64,000 bases of DNA from the NCBI GenBank assembly GCA_965203515.1, contig OZ241907.1:1-64000 (forward strand). Direction: 5' to 3'. Positions 9,394 to 18,364 of the stretch are shown here, piece after piece. Origin of the DNA: Spirochaetia bacterium. Lineage in GTDB: Bacteria; Spirochaetota; Spirochaetia; SZUA-6; Bin103. The first letter of the stretch is position 1, and every line of letters starts with the position of its first letter. Both the position numbers and the translations under genes were made by a program. Under the pieces are notes generated by a model, which saw nothing but the letters and a program-made list of their open reading frames with translations, did no database searches and was not told the DNA's origin.

Positions 9394-10450
9394 GTTCGAC
9401 GCGGTACCCGGCGCCGTCGCCAAGCGGCTCCGCCGAACCCACGGCGATGACGTCGCGGGCGTTCAGGCCGCGGTACGGGGTGCGGGCGAAGTAGCCGTCC
9501 AGCAGTGCCCGCAGCGCCTCGCGCGTCACTGACGAGCCGTCCGGGTTCTGCACCACGCGGTCGACCGCGGCCAGCGTGCCGTCGGTATCCTTCTCCAGGA
9601 AACGATCGACGCCGTCGAGCAGCGCCTGCCGGGCCGCCGTCCGGTCCGCCGCCTCCTGCTTGCGGGCGGCGGCGGCGCGCAGGCGCCGTTCGGCGGCGGC
9701 CGCCGACTCCATGGGCGCGGGGGACCAGTTCGCCGGCGGGGTTGCGTCCGAGAACAGCACCGCCGAGACCAGCCAGACGCCGTCGACGGGGCGCAGCACG
9801 AACCGCTGCTCGGCGGCCCAGAACGGCACGGCGGCCGACAGGTCCATGCGCGCGTCCAGGTTCACCTCGAAGGCGTCGGCCAGGGCGCCGTTCCCACCGT
9901 ACGGCGCCACCGACATGCCGTCGATGTCGTAGATGTCGCGGAGCGAGATGCCGTCCAGCGAATGCCGCTCGAACAGCGCATCCAGCACCACGTGCGCCTG
10001 CGCGCGCGTGACGCTGGCTCCCGCCACGTACACCGATCCGTCGAGCGCCGCCACGATCGCGCCGGCGTCTCCGTCCAGGAACGCGCCGGCCACGCGCAGG
10101 AGCTGCGATACCACCAGATTCGCGGTCCACGCCGTCCTGTCGGCGGTCGGCTCCGGCGGCGACGGCGCCGCCGGCGGCGCGATCTCCGGCGGCGCCGGTT
10201 CGGCGATCGCCTCCGGATCGAGATCGGGGTTCAGGCGGAAGGCAAGCCGGATCATGCCGTCGGCCAGATCGTCCTTGCCGACTTCACGGTACTGCAGGCC
10301 CGACAGGTAGTAGGACTCTGCCAGCTCGGCCTTCTCCTCGGCGGAGAGGGTTGCCAAGCCCGATGGCAGTTGGGCGAAGGCGGGCGTACCTGCGGCGAGC
10401 AGGCATGCGATCAATCCCAGGGCGGTCGCGGAACGGCGAACGGTAGCCAT
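9287..10450 (-). CDS. Exported hypothetical protein: signal peptide, TPR-like helix pair, Pro linker, two homologous NTF2-like domains
   Basis: AFA-Q signal cleavage site; internal repeat (FLDGD..SVTRAQA..QRFVLRPVDGVWLV / FLEKD..SVTREAL..QRLHLRDADGRWVI). Confidence 0.7.
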   Translation of the reverse strand: MATVRRSATALGLIACLLAAGTPAFAQLPSGLATLSAEEKAELAESYYLSGLQYREVGKDDLADGMIRLAFRLNPDLDPEAIAEPAPPEIAPPAAPSPPEPTADRTAWTANLVVSQLLRVAGAFLDGDAGAIVAALDGSVYVAGASVTRAQAHVVLDALFERHSLDGISLRDIYDIDGMSVAPYGGNGALADAFEVNLDARMDLSAAVPFWAAEQRFVLRPVDGVWLVSAVLFSDATPPANWSPAPMESAAAAERRLRAAAARKQEAADRTAARQALLDGVDRFLEKDTDGTLAAVDRVVQNPDGSSVTREALRALLDGYFARTPYRGLNARDVIAVGSAEPLGDGAGYRVELSFEDRYQEALPVVRSGQRLHLRDADGRWVIFAIS

Positions 10451-10521
10451 GACGTATACCACTATACCATCGACCGGGACGCGTGGCGACATGACGACCG
10501 CAGCGAAAATCGGTGCGCGCC

Positions 10522-10606
10522 TGCCGGAGACCGGATTCGAACCGGTACGGTCCGCTCGGACCAGGGGATTTTAAGTCCCCGGTGTCTACCGTTTCACCAC
10601 TCCGGC
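10522..10606 (-). tRNA. tRNA-Leu(TAA)
   Basis: GCCGGAG/CTCCGGC acceptor stem, GGGGA-CTTAAAA-TCCCC anticodon arm, long variable arm, GGTTCGAATCC T-loop; no CCA. Confidence 0.97.
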
Positions 10607-10638
10607 CGGAGAGGCCGGCCCTGCGGGCGGCTCGACGC

Positions 10639-10682
10639 CGGTCAAATCGCATTTGACCGCGACCGCCCGGCCGTACTACGGT
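10639..10682. promoter_or_regulatory. 9-bp inverted repeat CGGTCAAAT-cgc-ATTTGACCG overlapping rplU promoter TTGACC-N18-TACGGT
   Basis: Direct sequence; between divergent tRNA-Leu and rplU. Confidence 0.55.
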
Positions 10683-10688
10683 TGCGGA

Positions 10689-11015
10689 GTGTATGCGCTG
10701 GTAGAGATAAAGGGAAAGCAGTACCGCGTGCGTCCCGGTACTGAAGTCGTCGTGGATCGACTGGCGGCTCCGCCGGCGGAATCGCTCGATCTGGACTCGG
10801 TGCTGCTGCTGTCCGACGGAGCGCGCGTCCTGATCGGCGACCCGTACGTCGCCGGCGCGCGGGTACGCGCCCGGGTCGCCGGTGAGGAGCGGGGCAGGAA
10901 GCTCCGGGTGGCCACCTACCGCCGCCGGAAGCGCACGCAACGGACCATCGGGCATCGCCAGCGGTTCACGCGGCTGGTGATAGAGACCGTCGACACGGAC
11001 GCCTCACACGGCTAG
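10689..11015 (+). CDS. rplU: 50S ribosomal protein L21
   Basis: (M)[22 protein letters not shown]. Confidence 0.97.
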   Translation: MYALVEIKGKQYRVRPGTEVVVDRLAAPPAESLDLDSVLLLSDGARVLIGDPYVAGARVRARVAGEERGRKLRVATYRRRKRTQRTIGHRQRFTRLVIETVDTDASHG

Positions 11016-11026
11016 GGGGAGCGGAC

Positions 11027-11305
11027 ATGGCTCACAAGAAGGGGGGAGGCAGCTCGCGCAACGGCCGCGACTCGATCGGCCGCCGGCTGGGCGTCAAGCG
11101 CTTCGGCGGCGAACTGGTGCAGGCCGGAGCGATTCTGGTGCGGCAGCGCGGAACGCGGGTTCACCCCGGCCCGAACGTCGGCCGCGGCAGCGACGACACG
11201 CTGTTCGCGCGGTCTTCCGGTCAGGTCACCTATTATCGACGCCGGAACCGCAAGTTCGTCCGCATCGACGCCGCCGACTTGGCGGAGCAGCCCGTCGCGA
11301 GTTGA
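11027..11305 (+). CDS. rpmA: 50S ribosomal protein L27
   Basis: [30 protein letters not shown]. Confidence 0.98.
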   Translation: MAHKKGGGSSRNGRDSIGRRLGVKRFGGELVQAGAILVRQRGTRVHPGPNVGRGSDDTLFARSSGQVTYYRRRNRKFVRIDAADLAEQPVAS

Positions 11306-11371
11306 CCCCGCGGCCGTGGGAGGTGACGCCGCCGGTCCTGCCGCCGCTGGGCATGCCGCAGGCGGCACGGC

Positions 11372-11935
11372 GTGAGGATCGCGATCTTCGGCGGAACCTT
11401 CAATCCGATCCACAACGGCCATCTCCATCTCGCCGCCAGCGTCTGCGCGGAGCTGGACTACGGGCGGGTGATCTTCATACCGGCCAACATCCCACCCCAT
11501 AAGGAGGTGGACGACCTGACCGCCGGCTCGCACCGGCTGGCGATGGTCCGTCTGGCGATCGACGGCAATCCCGCCTTCTCGGTCGACTCGTGCGAGCTGG
11601 ACCGCGGCGGGGTCTCCTACACCATCGACACGGTACGCGGCCTTGGCACGGCCGGCGGGCGGATGGGCGTGATCATCGGCGACGACCTGGCCGCCGACTA
11701 TCGTTCCTGGCGCCGGGCGCCGGAGCTGGCGCAGGAGGCGGACCTGATACTGGGGCGGCGGCGCGAACGGGGCGCGCCGCTGCCGTTTCCGCATCGGATC
11801 GTGCGCAACGTCCCGCTGCCGCTCTCTTCGCGGCTCATCCGCGAGCGGCTGCGCGCCGGTCTTGCCGTCGAATACCTGACTCCGCCCGCGGTGATCCGGT
11901 ACATCCGCTCCCACGGCCTGTATCGCGCGGCATGA
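11372..11935 (+). CDS. nadD: Nicotinate-nucleotide adenylyltransferase
   Basis: FGGTFNPIHNGH, PPHK, SYTIDT, IIGDD, LSSRLIR. Confidence 0.95.
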   Translation: MRIAIFGGTFNPIHNGHLHLAASVCAELDYGRVIFIPANIPPHKEVDDLTAGSHRLAMVRLAIDGNPAFSVDSCELDRGGVSYTIDTVRGLGTAGGRMGVIIGDDLAADYRSWRRAPELAQEADLILGRRRERGAPLPFPHRIVRNVPLPLSSRLIRERLRAGLAVEYLTPPAVIRYIRSHGLYRAA

Positions 11936-13131
11936 GGTTTGCCGGCGCCCGCCGCGGACGGACGGTGACCGGAGTGATCACGGCAGTCATCGTGGTCATC
12001 GCCGCCGGAGCGTTCACGTTCGGCTTCGCCCGGCTGCGTACCGACGCGGTGAGCGACCTGATCGACGCGGGCAGGCGTATCGCCGTGGTGTTCATGCTGC
12101 CGATCGACGATCCGCACCCGTCCTTCGAGGTCCTCATGTTCGACGCCGGAACCGGCCGCGCCGCGCTGTTGTTCGTGCCGGGGTCGATCGGCGTGGTGCT
12201 CGACCGGCAGCGGATGGATGCCATCGCCGCCCTGTACGGCCCGGAGGGCCACGCCGCGCTGGTCGAACGGCTGGGTATGCTGCTCGACCTGGATATCGAC
12301 TTCTACGTCGACCTGTCGTACGAGGGGCTCGGCCGGTTCATCGACGTCCTGGGCGGCGTCGAGGTGGTGATTCCGGACCCGATCCGGGTCGCCGACGGGG
12401 AGCGTCGCGTGTTGTTGCCGTCGGGCAGCGTCGTGGTGGACGGCGACATGGCGCGTGACTACCTCTCCTACCGCGCCGCCGAGGAGCCGGCCGCCGAGCG
12501 GGTCGAACGGGTCCACCGCCTGCTGCAGGGGCTGCTGCGGTCGGTCGCCGACGGCGCCGCGGTGCTGGCCGACCCGACCGCGCAGCGGCTGCTGTACGCA
12601 TCGGTCATCACCGACCTGAGCCGCCGCGCCTTCGAAAGGCTGCTCGCCGCGCTGGCCCGGCTCGACACCGACCGCGTCATCCTGCGGCGCGTCCTCGGCA
12701 GGATACAGGACGTCAGCGGCCGCCCGCTGCTGTTTCCCCATGACGAGGGCGCCGTGTTGCGAGAGACCGTCAAGCAGACCGTGGCCGCCCTGTCCGTGCC
12801 GCTGGGCACCGGCGACGCGGAACTGGCCCCATCGATGGAGGTGCTCAACGGCACCCGCACGAGCGGCTTGGCGGCCCAGGCGGCGACGGTGTTCGAGAGC
12901 TTCGGATTCAGGATCGTGGCCGTCGACAATGCCGACCACCACGACTACGAGCGTACGCTGGTCTTCGCCCGCCGGGGTGACGCGGAGCTGGCGCAGCGTG
13001 CGGCGGACGTGATCCGGTGCGATCGGAGCGGAGCGCCGGCGGGCGGCGCCGGGTCGGTCGACTCCGCCGTGGTGGACGTGACGGTGATCCTGGGCCGCGA
13101 CTTCAACGGCCGCTTCTGTCGTGCGCGGTAG
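11932..13131 (+). CDS. LCP (LytR-CpsA-Psr) family protein with LytR C-terminal domain
   Basis: N-terminal TM, FIDVLGGVEV, VLNGTRTSGLA, VTVILGRDF. Confidence 0.85.
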   Translation: MRFAGARRGRTVTGVITAVIVVIAAGAFTFGFARLRTDAVSDLIDAGRRIAVVFMLPIDDPHPSFEVLMFDAGTGRAALLFVPGSIGVVLDRQRMDAIAALYGPEGHAALVERLGMLLDLDIDFYVDLSYEGLGRFIDVLGGVEVVIPDPIRVADGERRVLLPSGSVVVDGDMARDYLSYRAAEEPAAERVERVHRLLQGLLRSVADGAAVLADPTAQRLLYASVITDLSRRAFERLLAALARLDTDRVILRRVLGRIQDVSGRPLLFPHDEGAVLRETVKQTVAALSVPLGTGDAELAPSMEVLNGTRTSGLAAQAATVFESFGFRIVAVDNADHHDYERTLVFARRGDAELAQRAADVIRCDRSGAPAGGAGSVDSAVVDVTVILGRDFNGRFCRAR

Positions 13132-13132
13132 C

Positions 13133-13597
13133 ATGGCGGACCGGCGGATCGGCCCGCCGGGGCGCGACCGTCTACGGCCCGATACGCCGCCGCCCGACGC
13201 GCTCCCGCCTGACGGTCTGCGGACCGCGGTCGCCATCGCCGAGCTGCTGGTCGAGCACCAGGCCGAAGAGACGGTGGTCCTGGACGTGAGCCGGACGAGC
13301 GGCTGGACCGATTACTTCGTGATCGCCACCGCGCGCAGCCACGCCCACCTGCGCGGCGTGCTGCGCCACCTGAACGCCGCCCTGCGCCGGCTGGGCGCCG
13401 GCCGGGGACGCGTCGCCGGGCACAGTCTGCGCCGTGCCCCGGACGACAGCGGCTGGGTGCTGGTCGACCTGGGCGACGTGGTGATCCACCTCATGATGGA
13501 AGAGCAGCGCCGGTTCTACGAGCTGGAGCGGCTCTGGTTCCACAGTCCGACCGTGTTCCGCGGCGGTGACCCGCGCCGGCTCGGCAGCGACGGCTGA
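13133..13597 (+). CDS. rsfS: Ribosome silencing factor
   Basis: VVLDV..TDYFVIATARS..H, WVLVDLGDVVIHLM..RRFYELERLW. Confidence 0.95.
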   Translation: MADRRIGPPGRDRLRPDTPPPDALPPDGLRTAVAIAELLVEHQAEETVVLDVSRTSGWTDYFVIATARSHAHLRGVLRHLNAALRRLGAGRGRVAGHSLRRAPDDSGWVLVDLGDVVIHLMMEEQRRFYELERLWFHSPTVFRGGDPRRLGSDG

Positions 13598-13696
13598 TCC
13601 GGCTCGACAGTCGGCCGCGGCCGATCGGACGCGGCGGAGGTGCGGTACGGCAGCGGTTTCCCATTGCCGCTCATCGCCGGTATAGTTCGGTGTCAA

Positions 13697-13768
13697 TGGG
13701 ACGTCGGCAAGCGGTAAGCCACCGGTTTTTGGTACCGGCATTCGCAGGTTCGAATCCTGCCGTCCCAG
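13697..13768 (+). tRNA. tRNA-Gln(TTG)
   Basis: TGGGACG/CGTCCCA acceptor stem, CCGGT-TTTTGGT-ACCGG anticodon arm, T-loop; no CCA. Confidence 0.97.
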
Positions 13769-13788
13769 CTGACTACCGGAGCAGGTGA

Positions 13789-14415
13789 ATGGAGCGACTG
13801 GCATTGCGGGCTGAGCCCCGATCGAAGATCAGAACGCGCGAGTCGCGCCGGCTGCGTCGCGCCGGCCGGGTGCCGGCCGTAGTGTACGGCGCGGCGGAGG
13901 CGGAGACGATCTCCCTGGACGCCAGGGAGGCGCAACGGCTGTTCCGCCATGCGTCCGAAAGCACCATCATCTCCCTTGTCACCGGCGGCGGCGACCGCGA
14001 CGTGCTCATCAAGGACTATCAGACCGACCGCGTCACCGACCAGCTGCTGCACGTCGACTTTCTTGAAGTGGTGGCCGATCGCGCGTTGCGCACCCACGTC
14101 CCGTTGCGCTTCGTCGGTACGCCGGTCGGCGTGCGCCAGGGCGGCATCCTGGAGACGCTGCTGCGCGAGCTGCACGTCGAGTGTCTGCCGAAGGACCTGC
14201 CGGAGAGCCTGGAGGTCGCCATAGAAGGGCTCGACGGAGGCCAGTCGATCCACGTTCGCGAGCTGGACACGCCGGACGCGGTACGTGTCCTGAGCTCATC
14301 CGATCAGGTCGTCTGCCTGGTCGCTCACCGCGCGGCCGAACAGGAAGAGGCGGACGATGAGTCCGAGGTCGAAGAGACCGGAGAGGTCGCCGCCGCTTCG
14401 GACGCTGAGGCGTAG
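13789..14415 (+). CDS. rplY: 50S ribosomal protein L25/Ctc
   Basis: RRLRRAGRVPAVVYG, LLHVDF, PVGVRQGGIL, acidic tail. Confidence 0.96.
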   Translation: MERLALRAEPRSKIRTRESRRLRRAGRVPAVVYGAAEAETISLDAREAQRLFRHASESTIISLVTGGGDRDVLIKDYQTDRVTDQLLHVDFLEVVADRALRTHVPLRFVGTPVGVRQGGILETLLRELHVECLPKDLPESLEVAIEGLDGGQSIHVRELDTPDAVRVLSSSDQVVCLVAHRAAEQEEADDESEVEETGEVAAASDAEA

Positions 14416-14437
14416 GCCGGCCTCCCGCCGGGGCCGG

Positions 14438-15013
14438 CTGCTGGTGGTCGGTCTGGGCAATCCGGGGCCCCGCTATACCGGCACCCGGCACAACGTCGGC
14501 TTTCGGATCGTGGAGGCGCTGGCGCATGCCGCCGGCGTCCGGCTGAAGCGGCGCGGGATCGGCCGCTACGCCGTAGCGCGCGTTGCCGCCGGCGCCGTCT
14601 TCCTGGCCGAGCCGCTCACCATGATGAATCGATCGGGCGACGTGCTGGCCGCTCTGCTCCGCTTCAGCGGCTGTACGCTGGCGCAGCTCCTGGTCATCTG
14701 CGATTCGATCGATCTGCCGGCCGGGGCGGTCCGCCTGAAGCGCTCGGGCTCGGCGGGCGGCCACAACGGGCTGGCGTCGATCATCGCCGCGGCGGGCGGC
14801 GGCCGGTTCCCGCGGCTCTGGATCGGCGTCGGCAGACCGGCCGCCGGCGGCGACGTGATCGGCCACGTGCTGGGCGCCCCCGGCGCGGACGATCGGCAGC
14901 GGATCGAGGCGGCCGAGCGCTTCGCGGCCGAGCACGTGCTGCGCCTGGCGGACGAGCCGATCGATCGGGTGATGCATGCGGTCAACTCCTACCATTCCTG
15001 CCATCCGAGCTGA
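14438..15013 (+). CDS. pth: Peptidyl-tRNA hydrolase; start CTG 14438 or GTG 14444
   Basis: VGLGNPG..Y..TRHNVGF, MNRSG, GSAGGHNGL. Confidence 0.96.
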   Translation: MLVVGLGNPGPRYTGTRHNVGFRIVEALAHAAGVRLKRRGIGRYAVARVAAGAVFLAEPLTMMNRSGDVLAALLRFSGCTLAQLLVICDSIDLPAGAVRLKRSGSAGGHNGLASIIAAAGGGRFPRLWIGVGRPAAGGDVIGHVLGAPGADDRQRIEAAERFAAEHVLRLADEPIDRVMHAVNSYHSCHPS

Positions 15014-15032
15014 GGCGGTCCCGGCCAAGGCG

Positions 15033-16439
15033 ATGCAAGCCACGGCGATGGAGGCCAAGGCGATCCGAGCCGAGGTGGAGCGCGCGCTGCGGTCGCTGGG
15101 CGTGCGGCGCGGCCAGACGGTGGTCGCCGCGTATTCGACCGGCCCGGATTCGACGGCGTTGCTGGCGCTGCTGAGCGGTCTGCGCGCACGGGTCGGCATC
15201 GAGGTGATCGCCGCCTACTTCGACCACGGCCTGCGTCCGCGGCCGGCGATCGACGGCGACATCCGCCACGCGCGCGCGACGGCGTGCCGGTTGGGCGTGA
15301 CGCTGCGCGTCGGCGCGGCGGACGCGCGCTCGCCGGCCGATCCCGGCGGTCCGGAGGCGGCCGCCCGCGCCGCCCGCTACCGCTTCCTGGAGCGCCTCGC
15401 CGACGAGTGCGGGGCCGACTGGATCGCCGTGGGTCACACCGCCGACGATCGAGCGGAGACGGTGCTGATGCGTGCGCTGCAGGGCTCCGGCGTCTCCGGC
15501 CTGGGCGGCATGCCGGCGCGTCGCGGCCGGGTCATCCGCCCGCTGCAGGCGCTGCGCCGGGACGCCCTGCGGGCGTGGCTCCGCGCCGGGCGGCTGGCGT
15601 TCCGTCGGGACGCCCAGAACGGCGATCAGCGGTTCACCCGCAACCGGGTGCGCCGTCTGCTGGCCGACATCGAGCGGCGCTTCCCCGACGCGTCGGCGCG
15701 TCTGGCCGACCTCGGCCGGCAGGCGGAGACGACCCGGACGTTCGTGGCGGCGCAGGCCGCGCAGCGGCTGCCGTGGCGGCGGACCGCCCTCGGCATGGCC
15801 GTGCCCTGGCAGGAGTTCCGCGCCTCCCCGCCGGCCCTGCAGTTGGAGGCGCTCTACCAGGGGTACGACCGGCTGCTGCGCGGCACCGGCCCGCGCCGGC
15901 TGCCGCGCCGGTTCCTGGTTCCGGTCCAGCAGGCGGCGGACCGCGACGCGGCTCGGCTGCGCGCAGCCGGACACGGCGTGGTCATCGAACGCGCCGCCGC
16001 CCATCTGGTCATGTCGGCCGCGGTTGTCCCGCGCGCCGGAACGGGCTATCTTTGGAAATCCGTAAGGAGCGGATCATATAGAATACCGGAGACGCTGTTT
16101 GAAGTCCGCAGAGAGGAGCGTGGCGTTGGGGAACGACCGGCTGCCGGCATGTTGCGGATCGGGTCGTTCGACGGCCCTCTCCTGGTGCGGTCGTGTCAGC
16201 CCGGAGACCGCATCCGGCTGCACTCCGGCGTGAAATCGCTCGCCGCCCTGTTGCGCGAGTGGGGAGTGCCGGAAGCGCATCGGTGGATGATTCCCGTGGT
16301 CGCCGACGGTCGTGGCGTGCTGGCGGTCTGCGGCGCCGCGTTCGGCTACCGGGACGTGCTCGGCACGCGGTGTGCCGATGATGAAGGCAACGGAACGGGC
16401 GCGGTGATCGCGTTCGACCGCGTGAAGGAGGAGTCGTGA
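15033..16439 (+). CDS. tilS: tRNA(Ile)-lysidine synthetase
   Basis: PP-loop variant STGPDS, DHGLR, EAAARAARY, GHTADDRAETVLM, RNRVR; between pth and ftsH. Confidence 0.93.
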   Translation: MQATAMEAKAIRAEVERALRSLGVRRGQTVVAAYSTGPDSTALLALLSGLRARVGIEVIAAYFDHGLRPRPAIDGDIRHARATACRLGVTLRVGAADARSPADPGGPEAAARAARYRFLERLADECGADWIAVGHTADDRAETVLMRALQGSGVSGLGGMPARRGRVIRPLQALRRDALRAWLRAGRLAFRRDAQNGDQRFTRNRVRRLLADIERRFPDASARLADLGRQAETTRTFVAAQAAQRLPWRRTALGMAVPWQEFRASPPALQLEALYQGYDRLLRGTGPRRLPRRFLVPVQQAADRDAARLRAAGHGVVIERAAAHLVMSAAVVPRAGTGYLWKSVRSGSYRIPETLFEVRREERGVGERPAAGMLRIGSFDGPLLVRSCQPGDRIRLHSGVKSLAALLREWGVPEAHRWMIPVVADGRGVLAVCGAAFGYRDVLGTRCADDEGNGTGAVIAFDRVKEES

Positions 16440-18328
16440 GTAACCGTTCGCAAGAGCCCAAGAAGCCCGATCCGGGGTTGCCCAAGCTGCCCTTCAACAA
16501 CCGGATCGCGTTGATCACGCTGCTCGCTCTGATCGCGCTCTTCGTGCTGCTGGTGGTCTACAACAACGAGCGCGGCTTTGTGACGGAGATCCCGTACTCG
16601 GTCTTCCTGGCGTACGTCGATCAGCAGGAAGTGGACGACGTCAAGATCGTCGACGGCTTCGAAATCCTGGGCAACCTCAGGAAGGACCGCGGGCCGTTCA
16701 AGACCACCATCCCCTACCACGATCCGCAGCTCCTGACTCGGCTGGAGACCAGCGGGGTCAGGATCACCGGCGGCCCCAAGCCGGTGTCGCCGTTTCGCAT
16801 CTTCCTCGAGTTCCTGCCGTGGGTGCTCGGCATCTTCTTCATCTGGTTCATGTTTCGGCAGGTGCAGGGCTCCGGCAACCGCGCCTTCTCGTTCGGCAAG
16901 AGCCGCGCCAAGCGCTACCTGGACACCAGCAAGAAGATCAGCTTCACCGACGTCGCCGGTCAGGAAGAGGCCAAGTACGAGCTGGAGGAGGTGGTCGAGT
17001 TCCTGCGCAACCCGGCCAAGTTCTCGCGCATCGGCGCCAGGATACCCAAGGGCGTGCTGTTGGTAGGGATGCCGGGGACCGGCAAGACGCTGCTGGCCAA
17101 GGCGATCGCCGGCGAGGCGAACGTGCCGTTCTTTCACATGTCGGGCTCCGACTTCGTGGAGATGTTCGTGGGGGTGGGCGCCAGCCGGGTCCGCGACCTG
17201 TTCGAGCAGGGTCGCCGGCACGCTCCGTGCATCCTGTTCATCGACGAGCTGGACGCGGTCGGACGCACGCGCGGCGCCGGCTACGGCGGGGGCCACGACG
17301 AGCGCGAGCAGACGCTGAATCAGATGCTGGTGGAGATGGACGGCTTCGACACCAAGGACGGCGTGATCATCATCGCGGCGACCAACCGGCCTGACGTGCT
17401 GGACCCGGCCCTGCTGCGGCCGGGCCGCTTCGATCGGCAGGTCGTCGTCGACATGCCGGACGTCAAGGGCCGGGAGGAGATCCTGAAGATCCACAGCAGC
17501 AAGGTGCCGATCGGCGGCGACGTCGACATCAACCGGGTGGCGCGCGCCACCCCGGGCTGCTCGGGGGCCGATCTGGCCAACATCGTCAATGAGGCGGCGC
17601 TGCTTGCCGCCCGCAACGGCAAGGATCAGGTCGGCATGGCCGATCTGGAAGAGGCGCGCGACAAGATCATGATGGGCTTGGCGCGCCGCTCCCGGGTCAT
17701 CCAGCCGTCGGAGCGGGAGATGATCGCCTTTCACGAGGCCGGCCATGCCCTGCTGCACTACCATCTGGAACACGCCGATCCCCTCCACAAGGTCACCATC
17801 GTCCCGCACGGCCGGGCCCTGGGCGTCTCCTTTTCGCTGCCGGAAAACGACATGTATACCCGCGGCAGGGGGTGGCTGCTGGACCGCATCACCATCACCA
17901 TGGGCGGCTACGCCGCGGAGAAGCTGCGCTACGGAGAGACCAGCACCGGCGCTCAGAACGACATCGAGCAGGCTACCGAGCTGGCGCGGCGCATGGTGTG
18001 CGAATGGGGCATGAGCGATATGCTGGGCCCGGTCTCCTACGGTCAGAAGGACGAGCCGATCTTCCTGGGCAAGGAGATCGCCCGGCACAAGGACTATTCG
18101 GAGGAGACCGCCCGTCACATCGACCAGGAGGTGGGCGCCATCATGTCGTCGCGGCTGCAGGAAGCTACCGATCTCTTGCAGCGCAACGACGATCAGCTCC
18201 AGATGCTGGCCAGGGCGTTGCTGGACCGGGAGACGGTCGAGGACGCGGAAATCCGTATTCTGCTCGGCTTTCCCGAGCGCGGTGACCTCTCCGGGGGCGA
18301 CGCGTTGGCCGACCGCCGGCCGGCCTGA
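16436..18328 (+). CDS. ftsH: ATP-dependent zinc metalloprotease FtsH
   Basis: 2 [28 protein letters not shown]. Confidence 0.99.
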   Translation: MSNRSQEPKKPDPGLPKLPFNNRIALITLLALIALFVLLVVYNNERGFVTEIPYSVFLAYVDQQEVDDVKIVDGFEILGNLRKDRGPFKTTIPYHDPQLLTRLETSGVRITGGPKPVSPFRIFLEFLPWVLGIFFIWFMFRQVQGSGNRAFSFGKSRAKRYLDTSKKISFTDVAGQEEAKYELEEVVEFLRNPAKFSRIGARIPKGVLLVGMPGTGKTLLAKAIAGEANVPFFHMSGSDFVEMFVGVGASRVRDLFEQGRRHAPCILFIDELDAVGRTRGAGYGGGHDEREQTLNQMLVEMDGFDTKDGVIIIAATNRPDVLDPALLRPGRFDRQVVVDMPDVKGREEILKIHSSKVPIGGDVDINRVARATPGCSGADLANIVNEAALLAARNGKDQVGMADLEEARDKIMMGLARRSRVIQPSEREMIAFHEAGHALLHYHLEHADPLHKVTIVPHGRALGVSFSLPENDMYTRGRGWLLDRITITMGGYAAEKLRYGETSTGAQNDIEQATELARRMVCEWGMSDMLGPVSYGQKDEPIFLGKEIARHKDYSEETARHIDQEVGAIMSSRLQEATDLLQRNDDQLQMLARALLDRETVEDAEIRILLGFPERGDLSGGDALADRRPA

Positions 18329-18364
18329 CGGAGGGACCCGGAACGCGGCGGCGCCGCACCCGCT

